DNA from: Tricharina praecox
Lineage: Eukaryota
Assembly: GCF_024521635.1 (NCBI RefSeq)
Contig: NW_026250405.1
Coordinates: 682,001 to 746,000 of the forward strand
DNA: 64,000 nt
Reading direction: 5' to 3'
Each line of letters begins with the position of its first letter. Position 1 is the stretch's first letter. Positions 50,416 through 63,136 of this stretch are shown one piece after another. The notes under the pieces were generated by a model. The model made no database searches, had not been told where the DNA came from, and saw nothing but the letters and a program-made list of their open reading frames with translations. Both the position numbers and the translations under genes were made by a program.

Positions 50416-53400
50416 CCGGACGGCCCGCCCCCGCACCCAGACTCCAGTGCAGCCTGTGCCGGAATCCCGAGGGGCTGGAATGTGTGCATGCGTCTGTCTC
50501 AGCGTCTGTGTCTGTGTCGGCGGATTCCGACGCGGTACCTACGGCAGGTGTAGGTAACCAACTACCTAGGTAACTACCTGGGTAGCGATGGGTGTTACGT
50601 TTATTCTCGATCGGCGGATTTGTGATTCCGCGGGGGCTCGAGAAATACTGCTACCGAGGCAATCAAGCTATACGGCAGATGGAATGAGTAGGGAGGGGGC
50701 GTGGGAGGGAGGAAGGGAGGGAGGGATGCTCGAATTGGGTGGTGGTGGTGGTCATCTCCAGCTCGAAGGGACGAGTGCGGCCTGCGGGGAACCGGTGAGC
50801 GGAATCCGAAGCGCGACAGGCAGACAGACAGAGAGAGAGAGAGAGAGGTGAGATGAACTCGGTTTTGATTGCTGCAGTGAATTTGCCGAGCTGACTTTAC
50901 AGAGTAGAATGCGCTCTACCGGCGTCGACGCGATGCATCGGCAGACTACTCGGAAGTCGAGGTCAGTTTCCTTCGGTGGGCAATGCTATGTAATGGCGAC
51001 GATGGTATTGGCTCCCCGGCATGGGGGGTTGCTATCCTCCTGTCGCTTGAGGCAATCGGACGCGGTTCTGTGATCGCATTGTTGGTGTGACGGGGCACGG
51101 GGATGCATATCCGGATCCGGTGTTCATTCGAAGGCCTCTCTGCGGATGGATGGACTGGTGCCGGCGTTCGAATCCTGAAGGTGCGTCCGCATAATCCTAC
51201 CGACGAAATATGCAAGAGCCAGGAGGTCAAAGTTCCAGCAGCAGCACCCGATGGCAGGCTATTCTTCACGGTCGTAGAGATCACTGAGCAGCAGCAAGCT
51301 GAGGTTGTGGAGACGCGACGACGACGACGGACAACGACAGACCAAAGCTTGTTGTGTGGTTATGGCTCGCTTGGACGGGAGATCGCCGCTTGGCATGCAC
51401 CATGCCGTCATCAGAGAGAAGGTTAATATTCTTTCTTTCCGCAGTATCATACATAGTTGCAGTTGTGTTGCCGGATACGGAGCTGTGTTTTATCTCTGAG
51501 GAACCCAGGAGTTATCTTCGTCTCGCGCGTGCGACACGACTGAGCTGGCGGAGCTGATACGGCATCAGTCGGTGGTGATGGTTCGAGCTGGAGGGGACTC
51601 ATCGCACCGATTCCCCAACCAAATTAATGGCCTTGTGGGAATGCACGACCGAGAAGTTGGGGGCCCACGCGCCCGGCCCGCGGGAGGAATCATACCGAAG
51701 AATGCGGGCGGGCAGAAGGAGAGCCCGTGCAGCCGGTACGAGATCTGCAGACTCGCTTTCTCGTCTCGCCTCGTCTCGCCTTTCGCCTCGAGCGATGATC
51801 TCTGGGGGGGTTGGTTTCGAAAGGTCAGTTCCTCCTTTTCCACACAACGATATATTTTTAACACGGTAGCTGAAGATTATCTAGCAACAAGGATATTCCT
51901 TACCACAGTGACTTCAGCCGGATGCTCCGGACGCGGGACCTGTCCGGAAGATGACGACATGCACTCTACTATATGGAATCTTTGGATGGATATATCTTAC
52001 ATGTCGCCGACCGCGTACCGGCGATGGCCATGGACCATGGTCGGAGTTGCCACTCCGCGGATGTGTGCGCGTGGCGTTATGGTTTCTACTCCATTGGCGT
52101 TAATTCGTAGATTGCTTTGACACCTGCAGCAAGCGCAGGATATGGGGGGGTTGTGGATCGGGGGCTGGGGGCTGGAAGGATTGGTGGGTTGAAGGAACTG
52201 GCAATTTACTGGAATGGATGGACCTTGGAGGGATCGGTGACAGGTGGCGGCGATCGCGAGATCGAGTGAGGGGATGTGATACGCTCGGTCGGTTGTGGGT
52301 TTAGTTATCGGCTAATAAGAAAGCAGAAGGATATCGATATGCCGTGCGCACGGGGGTGGGTCCGGCATCTAGAAATGAGGAGAATATACACCTATCTACT
52401 GCTGGAGGATGAAGGCTCGGTACTCTATAGTACTTTCCGTGCAATCCTCCGTCTACATAGTACTAACGGCGGCTAACGCACGATGTATCTAGGCTAAATT
52501 GAAGCCAGGTGGTTACAGTAAGTAAATATTCCGGTGAAGATTTGAGTTTTTTATTCGTGAGGCAGAGAGGCCGTTTGCGTCTACCAAGAGCCATAGTGCT
52601 TTGTATATGGGCTGGTAAGGATGATGGCCACTGCCGCTATTCGGATACACAGTAACTACTGTAGCTGATGGTTACTCGGTGGGAGTTAATACCGTACGGA
52701 CAGGGCCCCCCCGCGGCTAGGATGCGACTCGAAACGCCGGATGGGTGAAGGTGAAGGTGGTGATCACTGGCCAGTGGGTGCCATGAATACATACATACAT
52801 ACTCTCCGGCACCTATAGTTACGGCACACCGAAACACTCGACGGTAGTGGTCTCCCTCCCCCGACATGGTCAGGACGGCGTACACGATGGGTGCGCAATG
52901 TGGTATGCGCGGCCTGTATGCTCCGGCGGGATTTGTTGCATCCATATTCACTATCCGGCACTTTAGATTTTCCCAGCATCGTGGAACCGCACCCCCCAGC
53001 TTCAGCACAACATACCTCTACATACTAGGTATACTGTTATCCCTTGCTCACTCCTCGCCTCTCCCCCTCCTCAGGCTCCTCCTCCTCTACCTCCTCCTCT
53101 ACCTCCTCCTCCTTCTCCAAGACTCCAACAGTCGCCACCGCATTCCGCCACGCCCACATCCCTGAACCAATGAAGCCCTGACTGACTGGCAGCTCACATC
53201 CCAGAAGTTTCTTAGGCCGCAATTCGGCAATTGGATCCAGAAGCGAAACGCTGCGCTGCACAGCACAGCAGAGAGCAAGGAAGAAGAAGCAGCAGAAAAC
53301 GAAGAAGAGCAGAAGAAGAACTAGAGGAAGAACTGGAATCCCAAGGGGCTGGCCGCTGGCCGCTGGCCAATCGGTCTGTGCACCATTCATCCCCTCCCCC

Positions 53401-55594
53401 CTCCCCTTTCTTTTCAAGAGAGAGCGCAACGGAGAGTGCTGGTTGGTGGATCGGAGCGAGACCGCTGCGGTTTCTGAAGATTGCTGGAAAGTTCCACATA
53501 GTTACCTACCTACTCGATGTGCGCTGCGCTGTTCTGTGCACAGCTATAGATAACCACTGCATACTACCGGTAGCTGGTTACTCGGGCTTGTCGTTAGTTA
53601 TTCCATCACTCTCCTGCTGTTGCTGTTGAAGTATTTAATTGCGACAAAGAGTCCAACAAGTACAAGATACCTACCTCCCACCTAGGTGGTAGTATGTAGT
53701 CATGATTCGGGACCGAACAGCAATGCGATCGACACAAACACAAGCACAACACAAGACAAGAGGCACAGGCACAGCAGGGGGTTTCATGTTGAATGTGTAT
53801 GTGTATATAGCGAGGAGGACGCAGCAGCATGTATGTCTCAGAAATTCTCGGTGCTGCTGTGTTACTGCAGAGTACCCAAGTACAATACATGGCAAACAAC
53901 CCCAACCGCTGGCTGGATCAGCAGCGGGCTGGCTCGCCGGCTGGGTAGAAACAGCGAGCGAGCGAGAGGCCGGTCGGTCGGTCCGCGAAGCATTCCGATT
54001 GGTGGTCTCTGCTTGCTGCTCTGCTCCGTTGGGTGTGGCGGGGGTTAGGGGCGGGCAGCAGGGATTCGGGAATTCGGGGATTCGCCGCGAGTGAGCGCAA
54101 GTGATTCGTCGAGCGCGGAGCGCGGAGAGTAGCCTTACGGCTGATACTTTCGTTTTTTTTCGGTTTTTGTGGCGGGGGGAGGGGGGAGGGGTGAAGGGGG
54201 GATGTACTGGTACGGCAGCGAAAATACTTGCCGACAGTTTCTTTCGTGATGCGAGATGCGAGATGGTGGGGAATTGGAATGGTGTGTTGGTGGTGATGGT
54301 AGGGGGGGCTAGTACCGTTCGAATTTCCGAAGCGAGAACGGCTGATGTCTGATGTCTGATGCCTGGGCTGGCGATGGGCCGCGGGCGTGGGAGGCGCACG
54401 GGAAAAGACATGGGAAACAATATTGAAACATACATACCGCAATACCGCATTCGCCGCGCCAGGCGGCCAGCCAGCCAGCCAGCACCGCACCCCCGAGTGT
54501 TGAGATGTCGAGGCACCAACCGAACCGAACCAATGCAATGCGTGCGGCGTTCCATGTCAATCATGTCAATCTCTGCTCTTTCCAGTGAGTCGAGCATGGC
54601 AGAAACGCTAGCTAACTATGTGACTATGTCGAATCCATCTGTGGCTGCAGCACGGGAGGGAGGGAAGGAGTGAAGGACGGTGGGACGGTGGGTCTCGTTC
54701 TGTTCCTCCCTCTCCCTCTCCCTCGCCATCCTGAGACCGACTGACTGACCGAGACACACCGGCACACCGACACACCGTCACACTGTCGCTTCGGTGTGGA
54801 ACATCGCAGCCAGCCAGCCAGCCAGCACACCGGTGGTGGTGGATGGTGGATGGTGGGTGGGTGGTGGTAGTAGACGGTGGCAATTGTGGCTGCGCGGCAT
54901 CATTCCTGTTCCTTATTCGTTCGTTCGGTGAGGACTCTCGTGCAAGGCTACGTGGCTCAGTCCGTCCGTCCTTTCCCTTTTTGCGAACGAATGCTGGTGA
55001 TCAATGCTCGACATACCACCGTAACGTAACGTAAAGCTGGCCGGTTGTTCTTTTCTGGGTTTCATTGTTCCGCACGGCGCATCGCACAGACTCGGTTCTC
55101 GCCAGTGGCCATGGATGGCAGTGCGTTACCTACATACTTGTTAGCCGGTGGTAGGTATGATAGCGGAAGTTGAAGTCGGAAGGGCTGACGGAATGGGATG
55201 GGGATATATCAGCCACCGGCCAGCCAGTGCAGTGCCTCTCACTCTGTATGTGTGTGTAATGAAGAGGTAAAAAAGAAGAAGAAGAAGCGGAAGTCGAAGT
55301 CGAATGAATGCTTTGGCTGGCTTCGGAGCGCGAGTGAGTATGTAGCTATGCGATGCTACTGTATCAGTCGATGCCCATCCATAGGTGCATAGCTCGTGCT
55401 TTCGGACAGCAGGCTTGACATTGTATCTCGCCCGGGCCCGGGCAAGTATCCGTTCATTCGAGGTGGACGAGTGACAGCAGAGGAGAATCACGGCGCTGAG
55501 CTGAGAAGAGTGACCGTTCATGTATGAGCGGAGCGAGCAGAGTGAAACGAATGTAGTCCATGAGTGTAAAGATGCCCAGAGGGACATAGTGGCT

Positions 55595-55666
55595 GGCCGC
55601 GTGGCCCAATGGCAAGGCGCTTGACTACGAATCAAGAGATTGCAGGTTCGATCCCTGCCGTGGTCA
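55595..55666 (+). tRNA. tRNA-Arg(ACG), intronless
   Basis: 72-nt cloverleaf with oligo-T downstream. Confidence 0.97.
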
Positions 55667-56711
55667 CTTCATTCTTTTGTGTTTGTGCTTTTTTTTTTTT
55701 TTTTGCCGGTCTCGCGAGTCGCGACTAGCCGTGCTGCGGTGGCCCTACTATGTTGGTAGGACACTCCTTCACCTAGCCGGCTAATAAATATGTAAATAAT
55801 CCGTGCAATCCGCGCACGGACGGCGGGATGGTGCCGTTCCGCTATGTAGACCGATGTCCCGGACCGGGACTTCCAAAAGTCTGTGGTGTACTATGTGTAC
55901 ATAGGTAGCCTAGGTGGACACTTAATCAACTCTATTGGAGCTCAAGCTCGCAGCTCGGCTCGTTCCTTACGCGGCTCATACAGTATTGAAACGGTTCGCA
56001 ACCTAGGATTAAGAAACCATTGTGGCCGATGGTACTGGTTATCGGACGGTCACGCAGAATCACTCGAGGTGCTCGCGGGGCGGGGGATCTCGGAGTTTTG
56101 TCGTTCTTGAATCTACCCAGCGAAATGGGGTTCTTCTTCTTCCCCGAGAGGAGCGCGAGCGGCGCCTGTTGGTACAGACTTTAGCTGGAAAGGAATGATG
56201 GAGCGCAGGATCGGTATTTACTTATCTATAGTACTCTACTGTGACATATCAGGCCCATCATTGAGGTACCTAGTCTGGATTCTGGTCCTTCAATTGTACG
56301 TAACCAACATTTAATAAGAATCAAGTGTACATATTCAGTTCAGAAGCTGGATCATACCTAGATGTACCTAATGTACCGTAGTCGGGCCGCATCGTGGAGA
56401 TCGAGTGCCCCGGATAGGAATCCCCACGATAGGCGGCCAGCGGTCTTACATATAGTAGAACGGCTACGGCTTGAAAGTTAAAGGACGTTGTGTTCCGTAC
56501 CTGTTCATCCCATATTCTATATATCCTCTTTATGCGGCGAGACGGCGGATTGTTCCACATTCGATGCTCCTCCGCACAGCTACTACCCCCTCCCCCCCCC
56601 CCAATCGCCCATCACCCACCCGCAATCCCCCGCCGCCGCCCTCGTAGTCCGAAGCAGAACAAAATAAAAAACATCTAAAAAAGAACCCAGAAGTCTGATG
56701 ATGTGATAATC

Positions 56712-56783
56712 TGACCACGGCAGGGCTCGAACCTGCAATCTCTTGATTCGTAGTCAAGCGCCTTGCCATTGGGCCACGCGGCC
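56712..56783 (-). tRNA. tRNA-Arg(ACG), intronless, T-loop TTCGAGC variant
   Basis: 72-nt cloverleaf on the minus strand. Confidence 0.97.
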
Positions 56784-57603
56784 GGGATTGATGGCTTGAG
56801 TTAGCCACACAGACTTTGTACATATTCACCCGGCTTTCAGTTATTATTCTCCCAGGACTGAATCAACCGGCTGTGCTTGCGGTGGGAGACGGCGTTGAAG
56901 GGTGGTGGGCGATGAGTCAGTTTTCTGGTATGCTAGGTAGTGTATTTCGAGGCACCGTGATAGAGTAGACCGTAGAAACCGTGCTGCTCACGGTCAACGT
57001 CTGGATGACTTTGAGAGGAGCCGGTTGAGTAGAGTTCACCACGGGATTACTTGGGGATATTTTTCCCGAGAGACTCCGCCGGCATCCGATACTGACCTAC
57101 GAAGGCATCTATGCGTACATGGGGGAGAATGATACATGACGGCCGATACAATAACACTCGTGTATGGTGCTTGAGGAGGAAGCGGGTGAAGTAGACTCCT
57201 TGGGCGTGAGATTGGAAACCTCGAATGGAATATTGTCTGATGGGAAAATTAAGTACTTGTGCCATTGAAATTTACATATTTTCTATCTAATCATTCTTTT
57301 GGGCCGCAACAAAACTCCAAGCTTAACGATGAAATTATCGGATATGTACCAAATAGATATTGAGGGAAGAAACGCCAGCAACGCAAATCTAGGTAAGATA
57401 CCAATGGGCACAGTAGACCAAGGAACCAGCAGATGAAATATGACCCAACAAAGCCAATGAAAATGAAAAGGAAAAGGAGAAAATGGTATATTGACGAATT
57501 AAGGAACTTAAAAAAAAAAGGTGCGGGGGTTTCCCTCGATCACCACCTATTTATGAAGCCATATTATCAGCATACCGCACAGCAGGGGGGCTTTCGTTTC
57601 AAC

Positions 57604-58381
57604 TCACTCGGCATCCGAGTCCTCGTCACGAAGTATACGTGTCTGCCACAACAGAAGAGTATGGGCCAACTCTCCAAAGTCCTTGACCAACGCCACGAAC
57701 ACGGTGCATTTCAACAATGCACGCATGTTCCTGGCGCAGTACTCCGTGACAATGTCGCGGAGACTGGCCTTGCGGCTTGGCCACTCTTCTTCACCGGCGT
57801 ACTCGTCCTCGGTTCTCTCGTAGATATCGGCCAACAACGAAACAATCCCCCAGTCAGCTCCCGAGGAGGAATGACAACGAAGCGCTGAGGAGAGGTTTCT
57901 CGTTGCAGCGTCTTTGAGGTCCGCCATGAGCATTTCGTCTGCAAACATGGCTAGTTCTGCGTGCGATAGGAGCTGATCGGTGGCGTCTGGAGGGAAACGT
58001 ATAGGTTCCAGTATATAGGAACCCTACGAATGGCTCAAAGACTTTGGACGAGACTGGATCGGGAAGCCTCGCCAAATTCGCAGAGGCTTCCTCGCCATCG
58101 ACCGACAGCAGGCTGGTAAAGTAGGGACAACGCCCCATGAGAAGCTCCCGATGGAGATGGTAGGTGTCGGCCCCAGCCCCCCAGCCATTAATGACGGTGA
58201 AGAGCGTGGGGTTCTTGAAATAGCTGGGAAGGGAATTCCGGTCAGCAGAGACCGAGAATGAGGGCGGGTGTGATTCTTACCTGGCTTTGAACTCTGTGCC
58301 TTTGGTGGTCGGCCGCGGCCGCCGCTCCTTGGCGATCCTGAACGACTGCTTGGGAATTGACTTCTTTGCTGCACGAGGCAT
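57604..58381 (-). pseudogene. BTB/POZ-domain gene copy B, single frameshift; exon 1 58381-58281, intron 58280-58224
   Basis: MPRAAKK...EFKA^SYFKNPTLFTVINGWGAGADTYHLHRELLMGRCPYF splices in frame. One extra C near 57992 (TTTCCCTCCAG vs TTTCCTCAAG in copy A) shifts the frame; this could be a sequencing error. Confidence 0.75.
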
Positions 58382-58484
58382 TGTGATGGTGTGGTGGTTG
58401 AAGCGTAAGGTTTGTGATGAGAGAGATAGATAGTGGGGGTGTAGGCTTGCGGAGAGAGAGATTGTCTGTGTGTGTCGGTTGATG

Positions 58485-58522
<38 letters not shown>

Positions 58523-58559
58523 GAGAAAGAGAGAAGATAACGTGGCCCGGCAAAGGATC

Positions 58560-58694
58560 GGCGAAAGTGAAGATGAATGAGAATTTGAGGTTCTATTCAA
58601 CTTCGAAGAGCCATCTCAGCTCTCTGCTGCCACAGACTATCACACCTGCACCGTTCGGGGCCACCACTAGCCACTCCTCCTATCTTATCTGATC
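58560..58694. repeat. Dispersed ~200-bp element, copy 4 (upstream of BTB copy B, 3'-truncated)
   Basis: GAGGTTCTATTCAACTTCGAAGAGCCATC...CCTATCTTATCTGATC. Confidence 0.8.
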
Positions 58695-58699
58695 TCAAA

Positions 58700-58766
58700 G
58701 CAATCTCTTGATATCGGAGGTGTTACATACTCGTAGTCAAGCGCCATACCATTGGGCCACGCGGTC
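58700..58766 (-). pseudogene. Truncated intron-containing tRNA-Arg(ACG) pseudogene
   Basis: The minus strand reads GACCGCGTGGCCCAATGGTATGGCGCTTGACTACGA-GTATGTAACACCTCCGAT-ATCAAGAGATTGC and then stops, with no T-loop or 3' acceptor strand. Confidence 0.9.
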
Positions 58767-60271
58767 TGGATGAGGGAGGACGGGATTCATGCCATTATGA
58801 CCAGAGGGTCAAATTGCAAGGAGGAGGAGGAAGGCAGGCTGATGGCCCGCGGTCGGATACAGAGCCGATACTCGGATCAGCGGGGGTTATCGCCAGGCAA
58901 CCGGAGAAGGGAATACCTGCGTGAGAGCACGGCTTCCACCCGCTCCATAGGTGTTCGCTCGGCTTGAACCAGGGTTTCGCCGGCACTTCCGTGGATCCCT
59001 CGATGTGGTAGCATTCGCCCCGTAGCGTCCGGACGCAGCGAGGTAAACGCCCTTCAACTTATGTACATTCCGGAGCACTCGACCATACGAGCGAAGTCAA
59101 TGTTGTAATATCTCACTCGTCGCTTAGTTTGTCGGACTGGTCGGTACTGGGGCGGGCAGGAAACGGAGTTCGTTGGTTCGCCATAGTCTAGATAGGCTGC
59201 ATGCGAAATAAAACAGGAAGATCTCTCCCTCTCTCTCGTTGCTTAGTCGTTTGTGCGGTCATGACGTCGGGGAGCACTAGCCGCCTACCACCCCTCTTTT
59301 ATGTCTTCTCTCGAGGCTTTCAGACTCTTACAATACAACAACAATACATTGCTTGTTCACACATTCCAACAGTCAAGCCCGGAGTGCACCTGTTTATCAT
59401 GAAACGAACCGAGAGCATTTCGAATTTCGCAAGAAGCGTGGTATGTACTAGTAGTAAGCGGTATCCGTGTGCCGGACCAACCCGTCGTTCATGTAAAGTC
59501 ACTCACTGTCCACACCCGCTGTTCGAGTTCCCGGACTTCGGATTTCAGGCGCAGCGGACCCTCCGTCGAGTCACTCGTATGTACGGATAACTCGTTTCCC
59601 CCACGGCTAGCTTGCTATTCTGTCCTGTATACCGTACACACTGCCTTCTCACAGCCCGCGACGCGCAAGCGGCTGCGAGGGCGGACCGACACCGACACCT
59701 TTTTCTACATACCGCCGGGATTGGCTAGGAGTAGGCTGTCTAGTCTCACAGTCCCAGTGGGGGGATGCACAGGACGGTCGGCGGCGGCCGGTCACCGATC
59801 CATCCCGTTCGTCCCGTGGGTATGTAGCACTGCCCGTAGCATCCACACACGAGTCTGTACTGAGAGTATGTACTGTTCTTGTAGGTAGCCCGTTGAACCT
59901 GCGCTACTCTACAGACAGATACATCTCTCTGGCTGCGTGTCAGTATCGAATCCTTCTCTGCGTATGAATTATCCTGGCGCCGAGGATGTGGTCATGATCA
60001 GCTCGACCGTGATTGGGACGGAATTCAACAGACCTCGATCCTCAATTGATCGATCGCCGGTGTTGTGCATGATCCGTCTACCCGCCCCGGCCCGTTCCGG
60101 GACGCTGTGGTGCCCGATCGAAAGGCAACAGAGCGAGATGTGGAGCACAGTCATGCCGGACCGTACAATATGTTGATGCCTCAGCCGGGACACAAGGGAT
60201 ACAAAGTGGGGGTGAATCGTGTCCGAACAAAAGGTAAAAAAAAGAGTTTCAAAGAACCTGTTGTCTGGTTG

Positions 60272-60343
60272 TGACCACGGCAGGGATCGAACCTGCAATC
60301 TCTTGATTCGTAGTCAAGCGCCTTGCCATTGGGCCACGCGGCC
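60272..60343 (-). tRNA. tRNA-Arg(ACG), intronless
   Basis: 72-nt cloverleaf on the minus strand. Confidence 0.97.
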
Positions 60344-60784
60344 AATATGATGATGAATCGGCCTTGTACTACAACCATCGTAAAGTGCATAGCACGGCAC
60401 AATAATTGGTAGAGAGGGATTGAAGGTGCGGTGTCACCTGACTCGGAGCCGGCGACGAGGGGACACCGGATTATTTTGGTGCCTCTACGGCCGAGGATCA
60501 GTGCAGAGACTCGGCCCCACGGCGATTGGAGGAGTTGGCGAGAGGACGGGAGAGAGCCGTTGAGGCTCATTTGTTTGGTCACGGAGGGTCCACTAGTACG
60601 TCACATGGGAGAGAAGTGTAATACCTAGTACTCAAGTTGCGATGACCGACGCCCATGCCAGATTTCGCAACCCATTCCGCAATTCTCCCAAGTCTAATCT
60701 TCTAGAGTACATTCCTTCCTCCCCCGTTTTTCAGCGAAATAAAGTCGCACTCAACCTGCCCAGCTCAGAAGCGGTAGCGAAATC

Positions 60785-61318
60785 TCAGAAAGCGCTGCCC
60801 GACGGCGGTTCCGGAATGTCATGCGCCCTAAACAAGAACTTCTCGGGGAGGCAGTAGAGCCTGACCAGCTTCCTGAGCGGCAGAACGTCGTAGCCGTGCT
60901 GGAACAGCCACATGTGCTTTGTGTACCACATGTCCTCGAAGCGGAGTTCGTTCTGGATCAGCAGCTCGAGGACGCGCCACGACTGGTGCACCACGCACAT
61001 GACCCACAGCGGGATCGGCGGGAAATACCAGTCGTGCTGGTAGATCCAGCCGCGCATCTCGGCTCGGTAGTTGCGGTGCGGCCGCGCATCCCAGCGGAAT
61101 TGGTGCTCGAGCATCGCCGGCGTGAGGAGCGGCGCGAGGAACGTGTCCGAGTCGTTAACGATCGCGTAGTACAGGATTCCTGCCGTGCTGTATTTTTTGA
61201 GTGTCGGATGGGTGACGTCCAGCATCGCCTTGTTCGTGAGACACAGAGAGAAGAGATCGGGGAACGGAAGGTAGGATATGACCCGGAAGTAGAGCTCGAG
61301 CGGGAGTTGTTGGAGCAT
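60785..61318 (-). CDS. Small F-box domain protein, 177 aa
   Basis: N-terminal MLQQLPLELYFRVISYLPFPDLFSLCLTNKAM F-box pattern; intact intronless ORF with C/G-ending codon bias. Confidence 0.75.
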   Translation of the reverse strand: MLQQLPLELYFRVISYLPFPDLFSLCLTNKAMLDVTHPTLKKYSTAGILYYAIVNDSDTFLAPLLTPAMLEHQFRWDARPHRNYRAEMRGWIYQHDWYFPPIPLWVMCVVHQSWRVLELLIQNELRFEDMWYTKHMWLFQHGYDVLPLRKLVRLYCLPEKFLFRAHDIPEPPSGSAF

Positions 61319-62230
61319 CGTGGGCAGGTGGTAGGTGGTTTGGCGGTGGTATTAAGGGTTGTTTTTGTGTGGTGATGGTATTAACGGTTTTTTGTGTGTA
61401 TCCGTCAGTGGTGAATGAGGGGAGTGGGAGAAAGAAAGTGTGGAGTATCAACTCGCTTATCTAACAAGCCGGCGGATAGTGGAACGCCGTTCTCACATCC
61501 GCCACACGCTAGCGTGGCAAGCTCCGTCGGCAACATCCTTCAATTTTCACATGCTATGAGAAACGTTGAAATCCATCTCCCGTTCGTTTGATTTACTTGT
61601 GGCTGGGGATGGCTGATGCAAGCCGATAATAACACCTCAGGCTGGCCTAACCCGATTGCAGCTAGCGTTAATCTTCTTCTTCAGACATCAGTGATCCGGC
61701 GCATTCTATATAGCATCCATCTCCCCCGTGGTGACAATTGAGATGGCAGACAACACCTGCCGCGTGTCCCGGTCACCACTAAACTCTAGGTAGGTTGTGT
61801 AGCCGCTGTGTAAAATATATACACCGTTCAGTAAACGCAAAGCCATGCCGAAGCTTCTGACGCTTGCCGGACCCGCTTCCCCCTCGTGTCTCCGGCAAAA
61901 GTATTGGCGAGATGGCTCGCTACCAGAGTGCGGACTCGAGTGCGAAGCTCCGCGTTCTGGACTCCGGACGGGAAAGGCGCCGACGAGTATATGCAGCCGT
62001 GGCCGTGCAGCTGTTGAACGAGCGAGTCCCACAGTAGTTACCGGTGTGCCACTTTTCGGTCCGAGACCCTAACTTCACTCCACCTTGTAACCCTGGTAGA
62101 TAGTGCAAGATAGCCGATCTTATGCTACTCGATGCCGATCCTGCTCGATACCGAAGTCAACGGGCTGTCCATCTGCGTCTCTGCATCCCGAGTCCGCTGG
62201 GTACGTAGCAAAATGACAAAAAGAAATCAT

Positions 62231-62302
62231 TGACCACGGCAGGGATCGAACCTGCAATCTCTTGATTCGTAGTCAAGCGCCTTGCCATTGGGCCACGCGG
62301 CC
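62231..62302 (-). tRNA. tRNA-Arg(ACG), intronless
   Basis: 72-nt cloverleaf on the minus strand. Confidence 0.97.
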
Positions 62303-63061
62303 GGATTCATGTCTCGTTTCAGCGACACACAATTTGTCTAGCTTTGCTGGATTTCAGTTTATTTCGTGGGGACCGAATCAACCGGTAGTGCGGCAGTGTC
62401 TGCGCTGGGAGACGGCGTTGGAGGTTGGTGGGCGATGAGCACGAGCTGGTATATCCGGGGGCACCATGATAGGATGTGCCGTAGAAACCGTGCTGCTCAC
62501 GGTCAACGTCAGGATGACTTTGAGAGGAGACGGTTGAGGAGAGCTAGCTAGAGGATTGAAGTACATCGGGCCAGTTTTCCCAAGAGACCCCGCCGGCAAT
62601 AGCGAGCGTGCCACATTATAACCTGATCAGCGGCGGCGGTGGAAACATCGATCTGATACTGACCTAAGAAGGCACTGTAAAATCGATAGGTGCATGGATA
62701 GAATGATATATGACGGCCTATACAATAAATACTCGTGTACCGGTGCTTGAGGAGGGAGCGGGTGAAGTGGACTCAGTGGACGTGTGATTTGAAACCTCGA
62801 ATGGAATGGTGTCCAATGGGGAAAAGTACTTATGCCATTGAAATTTACATATTTTCTATCTAATGATATTGGAGGAAGAAACGCCAGCAACGGAAGTCTA
62901 TGTAAGATATCAACGAGCACAATAGACCAGGGAACCAGCAGATGATGACCCAACAAAGCCAATGAAAATGAAAAGGAAAAAGAGAAAATGGTATATTGAC
63001 GAACTGGAAGAAAAAAAGAAAAAAAAGGTGAGGGGTTTTCCCGAGATCACCACCTATTCAT

Positions 63062-63089
63062 CAGGCTGGCGAAGTACGGACAGCGCTCC

Positions 63090-63136
<47 letters not shown>

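Noticed and set aside
48500..55500. Long ORFs such as 53671-54597 (308 aa) and 49234-49893
   Set aside because: They run through microsatellites and low-complexity DNA, with no domain-like content or codon bias.
1684..60582. Several short ORFs sharing the peptide RPRGPMARRLTT
   Set aside because: They are translations of the repeated tRNA-Arg genes, not a protein family.
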